Shown: positions 1 to 8,271 of the stretch, one piece after another
Numbering within the stretch: position 1 is the stretch's first letter
Layout of the letters: the number at the start of each line of letters is the position of its first letter
From: a virus
Lineage: Duplodnaviria > Heunggongvirae > Uroviricota > Caudoviricetes
IMG/VR virus record: IMGVR_UViG_3300045988_101337
Span: 1 to 23,444 of that record
Reading direction: 5' to 3' (one strand)
Length of the DNA stretch: 23,444 nucleotides
Program-made: the position numbers and the translations under genes
Notes under the pieces: generated by a model
Seen by the model: the letters and a program-made list of their open reading frames with translations, nothing else
Databases searched by the model: none
What the model was told of the DNA's origin: nothing

Positions 1-484
1 CTTCGCGCAAGGGTAGATTGTCAGTACTTTTGCCATTAAGAATCAGTAAGCTGGCGGGAAATTCTGCCATGATCGTATGTGCCTTTATGATTGGTCTGTA
101 GATAGTGTAGAGCAGAAAACAAAAGGTGGAGTCAGAACAGGATGAAAGTCGGAGGATAAAAAGTCAGTTCAAGTATGGAGGATTCAGTGGTTACCACCAG
201 GAGCTTGCAATGGGGACAGCGAATACTAACGGCTGCCACCGATAAATTTCAAAAAAGAGCATATGCCTAATATTCAACCAAACAGTGGCATCTTAAATAT
301 ACTATTCCAAATATATTAAAGCCCCCATGGAGTTACCCTGAAGGGCCTCAATGTCCGTAATTCCTACTTATGTAGGAAATGTTGTACAGAACATTTATTA
401 TAATCCTATTCAATTATAATAATCATGCCATTATTATATTTAAACACTAGAGAGTGTCGTTGGTATTTAATGGGGGAAGGTGAG

Positions 485-802
485 ATGAAAAAGATAGCTG
501 CTATATCATTAATTAGTATTTTTATTGTGTCTGGTTGTGCTGTGCATAATGATGAGACAAGTATCGGTAAATTTGGTCTTGCATATAAAAGTAATATTCA
601 GCGTAAACTCGATAACCAATACTACACCGAAGCCGAAGCTTCTTTAGCCAGGGGCAGAATATCTGGTGCAGAAAATATAGTAAAAAATGATGCAGCCCAT
701 TTCTGTGTTACTCAGGGCAAAAAAATGCAGATAGTTGACCTGAAGACAGAAGGTGCAGGATTACATGGCGTCGCTCGTCTGACATTCAAATGTGGAGAGT
801 GA
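485..802 (+). CDS. yegR: Small host lipoprotein, YegR-like (105 aa); listed ORF 425..802 trimmed to the internal ATG at 485
   Basis: ATG at 485 follows a purine-rich RBS (GGGGGAAGGTGAG). N-terminus MKKIAAISLISIFIVSGC has a signal peptide and lipobox cysteine. It sits immediately outside the attL core, where yegR lies at the E. coli P2 site locI; gene name is from memory. Confidence 0.55.
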   Translation: MKKIAAISLISIFIVSGCAVHNDETSIGKFGLAYKSNIQRKLDNQYYTEAEASLARGRISGAENIVKNDAAHFCVTQGKKMQIVDLKTEGAGLHGVARLTFKCGE

Positions 803-961
803 GAATATTTTTTGGTAAGCGTCAAACATGCGCGTTCTGGTTGTGCTTAGCCGGAACCTGTGCGAGCACGATGCCGTTACGTGAAAGGCATCGTGCTATG
901 AAGGGAGATTCTATCGATGTGGTCAATGGAAGACGGTTACCAGAGATAGGGCTTATGCATA

Positions 962-988
962 AAAAAATAAGCCCGTGTAAGGGAGATT
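962..988. other. Prophage attachment site attL core (P2-type 27-bp core)
   Basis: The sequence AAAAAATAAGCCCGTGTAAGGGAGATT matches the P2 att core as I recall it. It lies about 80 bp beyond the 3' end of int, where attL is expected in a P2 prophage. Visibly AT-richer host-like sequence lies to its left. Confidence 0.6.
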
Positions 989-1067
989 TAGGGTGTCACC
1001 AGTAGGGGCTTTCAACGGTACAATGCGGGTTTGAGCGGCATAAATTACCACTGAAAGCCCTTAAACG

Positions 1068-2081
1068 TTACTCTACTGTGGACACTGTGTGGACACTCTC
1101 GACCTCAGTACCACCTCTTAGCGGATTAAGAGAAATGGCGTCCTGAAGGTACTCTGGCGCAAAATGAGCGTAAACCATAGTTTGCTCAATCCGCGTGTGA
1201 CCTAGTATCCGTTGTAGCGTGATAATACTTCCTCCATTAATCATGAAATGAGTGGCAAAGCTGTGCCTTAGTGCATGTGTAGCTTGCCCCATTGGCAAAT
1301 CCGGTTTTATTGCTTTCATTGTTCGTCTGAAGCGAGGGTAATCAGCATCAGGGAATAAAAAACCTCGTTTGTTATCCGCGATCATTTTGGCAACAGCCTC
1401 TGAGATCGGGACGGTGCGTGGTTTGTTTGTTTTCGTTTTAACAAACGTGACGCGGTTATGGATGATATTTTCTGCTTTCAAACGAGCTGCTTCTCCCCAA
1501 CGTGCTCCTGTACTCAGGCAAAGAATCGCAATCTTTTTGTTGTCGCCGTCAAGTGCTGCAAGCAGTAAGGCAATTTCTTCCTGTGTGAGATAGCCTGTTT
1601 CTGGTTTTTCCTCCTTAAGCCTCTTTGTCCCTCTGATAGGGTGCTCACCAAAGAATAACTCCGCTTCAATCAGGGCTGTAAACATGCCGCTAATACATGT
1701 TAAATCACGATTGATACTCGAAGGTTTAATACCCTGACTTCTTCGGGTGGCGCAGTACTGGCTGATAAGGGATTTCGTGATTTGAAATGCGCATGGGTCA
1801 TTCGTTATTTTTGTGAAGATTTCAATTTTTCCAAGATTAGATTTCCCATGCTCTTCGTGTTTACCCTTTAAATCCCACCAGATCTGTGTCAGTTCCGACA
1901 GACGTCGTTTGTCTGTTGGTTTTGATAGCCATTCTTTATTGTGGTGGTTGTACAACGTGTATTTTTCGAAAGCGACAGCTTCGCTTTTCTTATCAAACTT
2001 CCTACGGATGCGTTTTCCGTTACGTCCAGTAGGGCGGATGTCCACTTCATATCGACCATCATCGAGTTTTTTGATTGCCAT
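1068..2081 (-). CDS. int: Phage integrase, tyrosine recombinase (337 aa)
   Basis: 337-aa ORF, the same length as P2 Int. The C-terminal region has tyrosine-recombinase residues (HALRHSFATHF ... MVYAHF). It is adjacent to the att core and preceded by a GGAGGG RBS on the minus strand. Confidence 0.93.
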   Translation of the reverse strand: MAIKKLDDGRYEVDIRPTGRNGKRIRRKFDKKSEAVAFEKYTLYNHHNKEWLSKPTDKRRLSELTQIWWDLKGKHEEHGKSNLGKIEIFTKITNDPCAFQITKSLISQYCATRRSQGIKPSSINRDLTCISGMFTALIEAELFFGEHPIRGTKRLKEEKPETGYLTQEEIALLLAALDGDNKKIAILCLSTGARWGEAARLKAENIIHNRVTFVKTKTNKPRTVPISEAVAKMIADNKRGFLFPDADYPRFRRTMKAIKPDLPMGQATHALRHSFATHFMINGGSIITLQRILGHTRIEQTMVYAHFAPEYLQDAISLNPLRGGTEVESVHTVSTVE

Positions 2082-2196
2082 CAGAAAACCCTCCGAGTGG
2101 TACTTTTTTTTGCTACTACTAATCGCTTTTTTCGTGGTGGCTGAAATTTAGCCACCAATAGTAGGCACTTGTGATGAATATATTCGCGATAAATTG

Positions 2197-2496
2197 TTAA
2201 CCAGTCTTTTGACCGGAGTGGGGCGACGTTGTTTCGTTTTGCCCAAAGTGTGCGAGAGCGGGCGCAATTTGCCCGGCTTCTGGAGCTACCTGATCAGTCA
2301 TGAACCACAAAGTATATTTAGTAAATCTGGGATGTTGTAAGACCTTCATTATGGCTTCAACTCCAGCGTTTTTTGACCGGCTCTCATAGCTCGAAAGTGA
2401 GCTGTAGGCTACACCAGTTAATTCACTGAATTCTTTACGGTTTAACCTTTCAGATTCACGGATTAGCTTCAACTTCTCCGAAACGTCTATTGACAT
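2197..2496 (-). CDS. C: Immunity repressor C (99 aa); listed ORF 2197..2568 trimmed to the internal ATG at 2496
   Basis: Starting at MSIDVSEKL gives 99 aa, the length of P2 C. It has an HTH-like segment (LSRKEFSELTGVAYSSL) and a C-terminus (FTKYTLWFMTDQVAPEAGQIAPALAHFGQNETTSPHSGQKTG) that matches my recollection of P2 C. It is divergent from cox. Confidence 0.85.
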   Translation of the reverse strand: MSIDVSEKLKLIRESERLNRKEFSELTGVAYSSLSSYESRSKNAGVEAIMKVLQHPRFTKYTLWFMTDQVAPEAGQIAPALAHFGQNETTSPHSGQKTG

Positions 2497-2560
2497 AATT
2501 ACTCCGATTGCGTAATTTCTTGCTGATAGTGTGAAATGTTGCGCTTCTGGAGTTATCCTT

Positions 2561-2600
2561 TTAGGCAATAATTAGCCATTAGGAGCCATTAGAAGCACTA
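2561..2600. promoter_or_regulatory. Candidate lysis-lysogeny switch operator/promoter region between C and cox (direct repeats)
   Basis: Closely spaced direct repeats TTAGGCAA / TTAGCCATTAGGAGCCATTAGAAG lie about 20-60 bp upstream of the cox start. In P2, the C repressor binds direct repeats flanking the -10 of the early promoter Pe. Exact half-sites are not resolved. Confidence 0.3.
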
Positions 2601-2617
2601 AGGGAGAATCGTAGCAG

Positions 2618-2893
2618 ATGAATAGACAGCTTGTAAGCGTGACTGATGCCGTGCCTTATCAGGAGTTTGCAAAACTCATTGGTAAAACTCCAAGAGCTGT
2701 AAGGGGCATGATTGAGAAAGGGAAATTACCAGTTATTGAGATTACTGACCCTCAGTCAGTATCGGGGCGTGCTGGTGAATATTGGGTATACCTTCCGGCA
2801 TGGAATAACGGACTAAAACTGGCTTATGAAAGCCGTCCTAAAGAGATTCGTGACGGCTGGTTGATGTGGTTAGGTCTCGGTGAACCACGTTAA
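2618..2893 (+). CDS. cox: Cox-like excisionase / early transcriptional regulator (91 aa)
   Basis: 91-aa ORF, the same length as P2 Cox, in the first position of the rightward early operon and divergent from C. It is preceded by an AAGGGAGAA RBS. Confidence 0.85.
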   Translation: MNRQLVSVTDAVPYQEFAKLIGKTPRAVRGMIEKGKLPVIEITDPQSVSGRAGEYWVYLPAWNNGLKLAYESRPKEIRDGWLMWLGLGEPR

Positions 2894-2903
2894 GGAGAAC
2901 CGT

Positions 2904-3074
2904 ATGAATGAGCCTCGTTGTATTGCTCAGTTATTGCGTAACGAAAGCCCCAGGGCGATTGACTTCACCATCACCCACGGTAAGGGGCGTAAGGGAATCA
3001 TTATCCGCACCAAAAAACAGAGTCCGTTAAAAAAGGCTCTGACCTTTCTGAAAAGCCGGAGGGTCTGGAAATGA
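2904..3074 (+). CDS. Small early hypothetical protein (P2 orf78 position, 56 aa)
   Basis: ATG at 2904 follows an AAGGAG RBS at 2892-2897. Its stop overlaps the B start (ATGA at 3071-3074). Syntenic with P2 orf78. Confidence 0.5.
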   Translation: MNEPRCIAQLLRNESPRAIDFTITHGKGRKGIIIRTKKQSPLKKALTFLKSRRVWK

Positions 3075-3571
3075 CAGTGATGACGCTCAATCTCGTTGAA
3101 AAACAGCCAGCAGCTATGCGCCGGATAATTGGTAAGCATCTGGCCGTCCCTCGCTGGCAGGAGACATGCGATTATTATAATCAGATGATGGAACGCGAAC
3201 GGCTAACGGTTTGCTTCCATGCGCAGTTAAAACAGCGTCACGCAACGATGCGTTTTGAAGAAATGAACGACGTCGAACGTGAACGGCTGGTTTGTGCAAT
3301 TGATGAACTGCGTGGGGCATTCTCAAAACGCCGTCAGGTCGGTGCAAGTGAGTATGCATATATTAGCTTTTTAACTGTCAGTCAGCGCCGTACTTTATTT
3401 ATGCATGCCGGATTGACTGAAAAAGAATTCAACCAGCCATACTGGCGAATTAATGAAGAATCATGTTACTGGCGTGATGCCTTATTCCGTGCATTACGTG
3501 AATTATTCAGCCTGTTTGAGTATGCACCGACAATTCTGACGTCGGTAAAACCAGAGCAATATCTGCATTAA
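3071..3571 (+). CDS. B: Replication protein B (166 aa)
   Basis: 166-aa ORF, the same length as P2 B, in the same syntenic position after cox/orf78 and translationally coupled to the upstream ORF. Confidence 0.82.
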   Translation: MTVMTLNLVEKQPAAMRRIIGKHLAVPRWQETCDYYNQMMERERLTVCFHAQLKQRHATMRFEEMNDVERERLVCAIDELRGAFSKRRQVGASEYAYISFLTVSQRRTLFMHAGLTEKEFNQPYWRINEESCYWRDALFRALRELFSLFEYAPTILTSVKPEQYLH

Positions 3572-3601
3572 GTAATTAACCAGAGTTTTTAACGCACTTA
3601 A

Positions 3602-3859
3602 TTGTGCGGGGCTTCTTTTTGCCTGGAGAAAGTCATACATACAGTTTCTGAAAATCAGTGCGGTAAATACGCATTACTGCTGCAACAGGCCAGAACCGAA
3701 GCACAGGCCGACGCAGCGACGCGCTTTTCTTCTCATCTTGACGCCATGATTCGCCACATCACAAAGGCGGAGTTATCCCGCGTAGAGATAGTCGAGCTGC
3801 TCAGTCAGGAGTCGGAAAAATTTCACAATATCGGATTGTCTCGCGGGGAGGTGCTTTGA
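3602..3859 (+). CDS. Small early hypothetical protein (P2 orf80 position)
   Basis: 85-aa ORF in the early operon; its stop overlaps the start of the next ORF (ATGA at 3856). Confidence 0.5.
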   Translation: MCGASFCLEKVIHTVSENQCGKYALLLQQARTEAQADAATRFSSHLDAMIRHITKAELSRVEIVELLSQESEKFHNIGLSRGEVL

Positions 3860-4161
3860 TGTCCTGTTCTCGTTCAGTTGTATTACTGAATAACGCCTTA
3901 AAAATCACCGTTATGAAAAATGGCGATCTATCTCTTATTCAACTTGGTCTTGATAAAGAAAAACGCGAAATAACTGAGTCTGTTATCGCGATTTATCAGA
4001 ACGAATTAAATCTCCTGTCTGATGTGGTCAATTTACTTGTTAAACGCGCTGTATTTCACAAGCAAATCTCCTCCGTGGATGAACTGACGAAATTAACGAC
4101 AGAAATTGCCAGCTATTGCGCTGATGAATTTAAAAAACTTAACGACAAAAGGAACTGGTAA
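3856..4161 (+). CDS. Small early hypothetical protein (P2 orf81 position)
   Basis: 101-aa ORF, translationally coupled on both sides. Confidence 0.55.
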   Translation: MMSCSRSVVLLNNALKITVMKNGDLSLIQLGLDKEKREITESVIAIYQNELNLLSDVVNLLVKRAVFHKQISSVDELTKLTTEIASYCADEFKKLNDKRNW

Positions 4162-4385
4162 TGCCGGACAACGTAGATTTTATTCAGGAACAACAGGCTG
4201 AATTACTGGAGCGTCAGATTAACGCGGCAAGGGTAAAACATTGCGGAGCTTCTGCGCTGGTTTGCGAAGAGTGTGACGCGCCAATACCTGCTGCCCGTCG
4301 TGCGGCTTATCCGTCAGCCACGCGTTGTGTTTCCTGCCAGTCAGTCTTTGAAGCAAAAAACAAACATTACCGGAGAACGGCATGA
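4161..4385 (+). CDS. TraR/DksA-type C4 zinc-finger protein (P2 orf82 position)
   Basis: 74-aa ORF with a CxxC-N17-CxxC motif (CEECDAPIPAARRAAYPSATRCVSCQ), typical of TraR/DksA-family zinc fingers. Confidence 0.65.
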   Translation: MPDNVDFIQEQQAELLERQINAARVKHCGASALVCEECDAPIPAARRAAYPSATRCVSCQSVFEAKNKHYRRTA

Positions 4386-4657
4386 GTATTCGTATTGAAA
4401 TTGGCGAACGTTATGTCGTTACCAGTGACAGCTTTCAGTTTATTCTCCACGAGAAAAAGAGAGCGGAAAGCGGTAAAAACGCCGGTCAGGAATGGCTGGC
4501 GGTGGTTGGTTATTATCCGAAATTAAGCCAGCTCGTTTCCGGCCTGATGCATCACGATATTCTGACCGGAAGCGCAAAGTCTTTTGCTGATTTAAACGCG
4601 CAGGTTGAGCAACTCAGCAGGCGTTGTTCAGAGGCTTTTGGCTCATATGGCCGTTAA
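4382..4657 (+). CDS. Small early hypothetical protein (P2 orf83 position)
   Basis: 91-aa ORF that overlaps the start of A. Confidence 0.5.
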   Translation: MSIRIEIGERYVVTSDSFQFILHEKKRAESGKNAGQEWLAVVGYYPKLSQLVSGLMHHDILTGSAKSFADLNAQVEQLSRRCSEAFGSYGR

Positions 4658-6926
4658 AGCCTCCGGGCGTTTTGTCCCTCCTTCAGCATTTGCTGCAGGC
4701 ACCGGTAAGGCGTTTACCGGTGCTTATGCATGGAACGCGCCACGCGAGGCCGTCGGGCGCGAAAGACCCCTTACACGTGACGAGATGCGTCAGGTGCAAG
4801 GTGTTTTATCCACGATTAACCGCCTGCCTTACTTTTTGCGCTCGCTGTTTACTTCACGCTATGACTACATCCGGCGCAATAAAAGCCCGGTACACGGGTT
4901 TTATTTCCTCACATCCACTTTTCAGCGTCGTTTATGGCCGCGCATTGAGCGTGTGAATCAGCGCCATGAAATGAACACCGACGCGTCGTTACTGTTTCTG
5001 GCAGAGCGTGACCACTATGCGCGCCTGCCGGGAATGAATGACAAGGAGCTGAAAAAGTTTGCTGCCCGTATCTCATCGCAGCTTTTCATGATGTATGAGG
5101 AACTCAGCGATGCCTGGGTGGATGCGCATGGCGAAAAAGAATCGCTGTTTACGGATGAGGCGCAGGCTCACCTCTATGGTCATGTTGCTGGCGCTGCACG
5201 TGCTTTCAATATTTCCCCTCTCTACTGGAAAAAATACCGTAAAGGACAGATGACCACGAGGCAGGCATATTCTGCCATTGCCCGTCTGTTTAACGATGAG
5301 TGGTGGACTCATCAGCTTAAAGGTCAGCGTATGCGCTGGCATGAGGCGTTACTGATTGCTGTCGGGGAGGTGAATAAAGACCGTTCTCCTTATGCCAGTA
5401 AACATGCCATTCGTGATGTGCGTGCGCGCCGCCAGGCAAATCTGGAATTTCTTAAATCGTGTGACCTTGAAAACAGGGAAACCGGCGAGCGCATCGACCT
5501 TATCAGTAAGGTGATGGGAAGTATTTCTAATCCTGAAATTCGCCGGATGGAGCTGATGAACACCATTGCCGGTATTGAGCGTTACGCCGCTGCAGAGGGT
5601 GATGTGGGGATGTTTATCACGCTGACCGCGCCGTCAAAGTATCACCCGACACGTCAGGTCGGAAAAGGCGAAAGTAAAACCGTTCAGCTTAATCACGGCT
5701 GGAACGATGAGGCATTTAATCCAAAGGATGCGCAGCGTTATCTCTGCCGTATCTGGAGCCTGATGCGCACGGCATTCAAGGATAATGATTTACAGGCCTA
5801 CGGTTTGCGTGTCGTCGAGCCACACCACGACGGAACGCCGCACTGGCATATGATGCTTTTTTGTAATCCACGCCAGCGTAACCAGATTATCGAAATCATG
5901 CGTCGCTATGCGCTCAAAGAGGATGGCGACGAAAGAGGAGCCGCGCGAAACCGTTTTCAGGCAAAACATCTTAACCGGGGCGGTGCTGCGGGGTATATCG
6001 CGAAATACATCTCAAAAAATATCGACGGCTATGCACTGGATGGGCAGCTCGATAACGATACCGGCAGACCGCTGAAAGATACTGCCGCGGCTGTTACCGC
6101 ATGGGCGTCAACGTGGCGCATTCCGCAATTTAAAACGGTTGGCCTGCCGACAATGGGGGCTTACCGTGAACTACGCAAATTGCCTCGCGGCGTCAGCATT
6201 GCTGATGAGTTTGACGAGCGCGTCGAGGCTGCACGCGCCGCCGCAGACAGTGGTGATTTTGCGTTGTATATCAGCGCGCAGGGTGGGGCAAATGTTCCGC
6301 GCGATTGTCAGACTGTCAGAGTCGCCCGTAGCCCGTCGGATGACGTTAACGAGTACGAGGAAGAGGTCGAGAGAGTGGTCGGCATTTACGCGCCGCATCT
6401 CGGCGCGCGTCATATTCATATCACCAGAACCACGGACTGGCGCATTGTGCCGAAAGTGCCGGTCGTTGAGCCTTTGACTTTAAAAAGCGGCATCGCCGCG
6501 CCTCGGAGTCCTGTCAATAACTGTGGAAAGCTCACCGGTGGTGATACTTCGTTACCGGCTCCCACACCTTCTGAGCACGCCGCAGCAGTGCTTAATCTGG
6601 TAGATGACGGTGTTATCGAATGGAATGACCCGGAGGTCGTGAGGGCGCTCAGAGGTGCATTAAAACACGGCCTGAGAAGACCAAACCGTCAGCAAAGAAA
6701 CGGAAGCCCGTTAAAACCGCATGAAATAGCGCCATCGGCCAGACTGACCCGGTCTGAACGATTGCAAATCACCCGTATCCGCGTTGACCTTGCTCAGAAC
6801 GGTATCAGGCCGCAGCGATGGGAGCTTGAGGCGCTGGCGCGTGGCGCGACCGTAAATTATGACGGGAAAAAATTCACGTATCCGGTCGCTGATGAGTGGT
6901 CGGGATTCTGGCATCAATTTGAGTAA
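4647..6926 (+). CDS. A: Replication initiation endonuclease A, rolling-circle initiator (about 759 aa); listed ORF 4605..6926 trimmed to the ATG at 4647
   Basis: Large ORF in the P2 A position. Starting at MAVKASGRFVPP gives a length close to P2 A (about 761 aa). The upstream in-frame ATG at 4605 lies inside orf83 and is less likely. It contains the HxH-like metal motif (PHWHMM) and a paired-tyrosine segment (YIAKYISK) expected of rolling-circle initiators. Confidence 0.9.
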   Translation: MAVKASGRFVPPSAFAAGTGKAFTGAYAWNAPREAVGRERPLTRDEMRQVQGVLSTINRLPYFLRSLFTSRYDYIRRNKSPVHGFYFLTSTFQRRLWPRIERVNQRHEMNTDASLLFLAERDHYARLPGMNDKELKKFAARISSQLFMMYEELSDAWVDAHGEKESLFTDEAQAHLYGHVAGAARAFNISPLYWKKYRKGQMTTRQAYSAIARLFNDEWWTHQLKGQRMRWHEALLIAVGEVNKDRSPYASKHAIRDVRARRQANLEFLKSCDLENRETGERIDLISKVMGSISNPEIRRMELMNTIAGIERYAAAEGDVGMFITLTAPSKYHPTRQVGKGESKTVQLNHGWNDEAFNPKDAQRYLCRIWSLMRTAFKDNDLQAYGLRVVEPHHDGTPHWHMMLFCNPRQRNQIIEIMRRYALKEDGDERGAARNRFQAKHLNRGGAAGYIAKYISKNIDGYALDGQLDNDTGRPLKDTAAAVTAWASTWRIPQFKTVGLPTMGAYRELRKLPRGVSIADEFDERVEAARAAADSGDFALYISAQGGANVPRDCQTVRVARSPSDDVNEYEEEVERVVGIYAPHLGARHIHITRTTDWRIVPKVPVVEPLTLKSGIAAPRSPVNNCGKLTGGDTSLPAPTPSEHAAAVLNLVDDGVIEWNDPEVVRALRGALKHGLRRPNRQQRNGSPLKPHEIAPSARLTRSERLQITRIRVDLAQNGIRPQRWELEALARGATVNYDGKKFTYPVADEWSGFWHQFE

Positions 6927-7015
6927 GGATCTCATCTATACAGTATAAGTAGTTTTGACTGTAATTGATTGTTTTTTATATGGTTGCATGCATTAAATCT
7001 ACGTCAATATCATTA

Positions 7016-7024
7016 TGTTATAAT
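7016..7024 (+). promoter_or_regulatory. Candidate extended -10 promoter (TGnTATAAT) for the cargo operon
   Basis: TGTTATAAT at 7016-7024, about 30 bp upstream of the ATG at 7053, in an AT-rich intergenic region after A. There is no good -35, which is consistent with the extended -10 class. Confidence 0.35.
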
Positions 7025-7052
7025 GCATTACTTAAAAATGTTGGAGATAAAA

Positions 7053-7244
7053 ATGTTAAAGCCTGCAGATGTTGTTTGTTTGAAAAGCGGTGGATTTAAA
7101 ATGACTGTATCTGACTCTACTGAAACTCATGCTAAATGTATTTGGCATGATAAAGAAGGAGTTTTGCACGAGGAGTCATTCTCCATTGATTTACTGGAAA
7201 TAGCAGAGAGTAAAAGTGGTATGCTTTGTCGTCCACGTAAGTGA
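7053..7244 (+). CDS. Small DUF2158/YodC-like protein (63 aa), first gene of the cargo cassette; listed ORF 6969..7244 trimmed
   Basis: ATG at 7053 follows a GGAGATAAAA RBS. The N-terminus MLKPADVVCLKSGGFKMTV resembles the conserved start of YodC/DUF2158 small proteins as I recall it. AT-rich. Confidence 0.5.
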   Translation: MLKPADVVCLKSGGFKMTVSDSTETHAKCIWHDKEGVLHEESFSIDLLEIAESKSGMLCRPRK

Positions 7245-7271
7245 ATCATAATAAAATTCACGGGGGAAAGT

Positions 7272-7952
7272 ATGAAACAATACAGCGAATTAGAAAACAA
7301 TGTTAAGAGATTCATTGTTGAGCATGAAAAAGGGATTTCTATTGATGATATTCATCATAAGTTCCGGATGAAGGATGGTCAGAATCGCAAGATGGCAGAT
7401 TATCTTATTAATAATAAAAAGATAATTTTGGAGATGAAAAGTCTTTTTTCTGACAGGGTCAAGAATGTCAATGATAAACTGAATGAGTTGGTTAAAACTG
7501 ATAGTTGGCTTGCAAAAAACTGGCATGGTGCTATTCATTTAGAAGAGTTGATAAAAAGACACCCAGACTCAAAGCGATTTAGAAATGATATAATGAACTT
7601 TGCTTATGAAAATATTAAAACAAAGATAGTTAAGGAAGCTAATAAGCAAATAAATGCAACAAAGGATGTTTTGGATTTAAATGACTCGATTGGCGGGTTG
7701 ATTTTGTTAAATGATAATGTCTTTTCACATGAGTCTAATTATTTGTCAGATGAAATATTATATTTGCTAGGCACAAAGAGATATTCGAGTGTTGAGTTTG
7801 TGGTTTATATTGCAAAATTGATTGATAAACAGGTTGATGTTTGTGTGCTACTTGACAGTCAATCTAAAAATAAAAATTATATTGAATGGTATATGAATAA
7901 TGTTTTTTTATTGAACTGGGCGTCTTTTAATAAATATGCAATAAAGATGTAG
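7272..7952 (+). CDS. Uncharacterised 226-aa protein in the variable A-cos locus (candidate defence protein)
   Basis: Long clean ORF with a GGGGGAAAG RBS, 27 bp after the small ORF and so probably co-transcribed. AT-rich and Lys/Asn-rich. No P2 counterpart. A possible D ... ExK arrangement (ADYLINNKKIILEMKS) is only a motif-level hint of a PD-(D/E)xK nuclease. Confidence 0.6.
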   Translation: MKQYSELENNVKRFIVEHEKGISIDDIHHKFRMKDGQNRKMADYLINNKKIILEMKSLFSDRVKNVNDKLNELVKTDSWLAKNWHGAIHLEELIKRHPDSKRFRNDIMNFAYENIKTKIVKEANKQINATKDVLDLNDSIGGLILLNDNVFSHESNYLSDEILYLLGTKRYSSVEFVVYIAKLIDKQVDVCVLLDSQSKNKNYIEWYMNNVFLLNWASFNKYAIKM

Positions 7953-8271
7953 TGGTGTGGATGGATATGAAATGAGTCAACCAAGATGCACCTTGGTCAG
8001 TAATCTCATGTGAGATACCACATATAACACCAAAAGTGTCAGGTTGATGGCCATTGTTCACCGTTTACAGCAGATTATGGTCAACGAAAATCTGACGCCT
8101 GACGAGCTGGTCGGGTGTGCCGAAATAGTCTGGGATAATTACGGGCGGTTTAACTATATCGGTCAGTCCAGAGTTGCGCCACCACCACGCAGACGATAGA
8201 GAACGCCGCCAGTCGTGAAACTTGTTTTCAGGCTGGCGGGGTTGAACAACGAGCGAAGTGAGGCGTTAGCA

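Noticed and set aside
790-1005. 71-aa plus-strand ORF spanning the yegR stop region and the att core
   Set aside because: It runs across the host-phage junction and the att core, has no RBS, and overlaps a hairpin. It is most likely a chance frame.
1369-2151. Plus-strand ORFs 1369..1593, 1813..2151 and 1941..2144 inside and adjacent to int
   Set aside because: They are antisense to the well-supported integrase gene and have no start signals.
2136-2158. Perfect 8-bp inverted repeat (TGGTGGCT-N7-AGCCACCA) between C and int, considered as a terminator
   Set aside because: No U-tract follows the stem on either strand, so it is not a canonical intrinsic terminator. It may be a protein-binding site but I cannot support a specific call.
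4605-4646. Upstream in-frame ATG at 4605 as the start of A
   Set aside because: This start would lie inside orf83 and gives a protein longer than P2 A. The ATG at 4647 matches the expected length and N-terminus.
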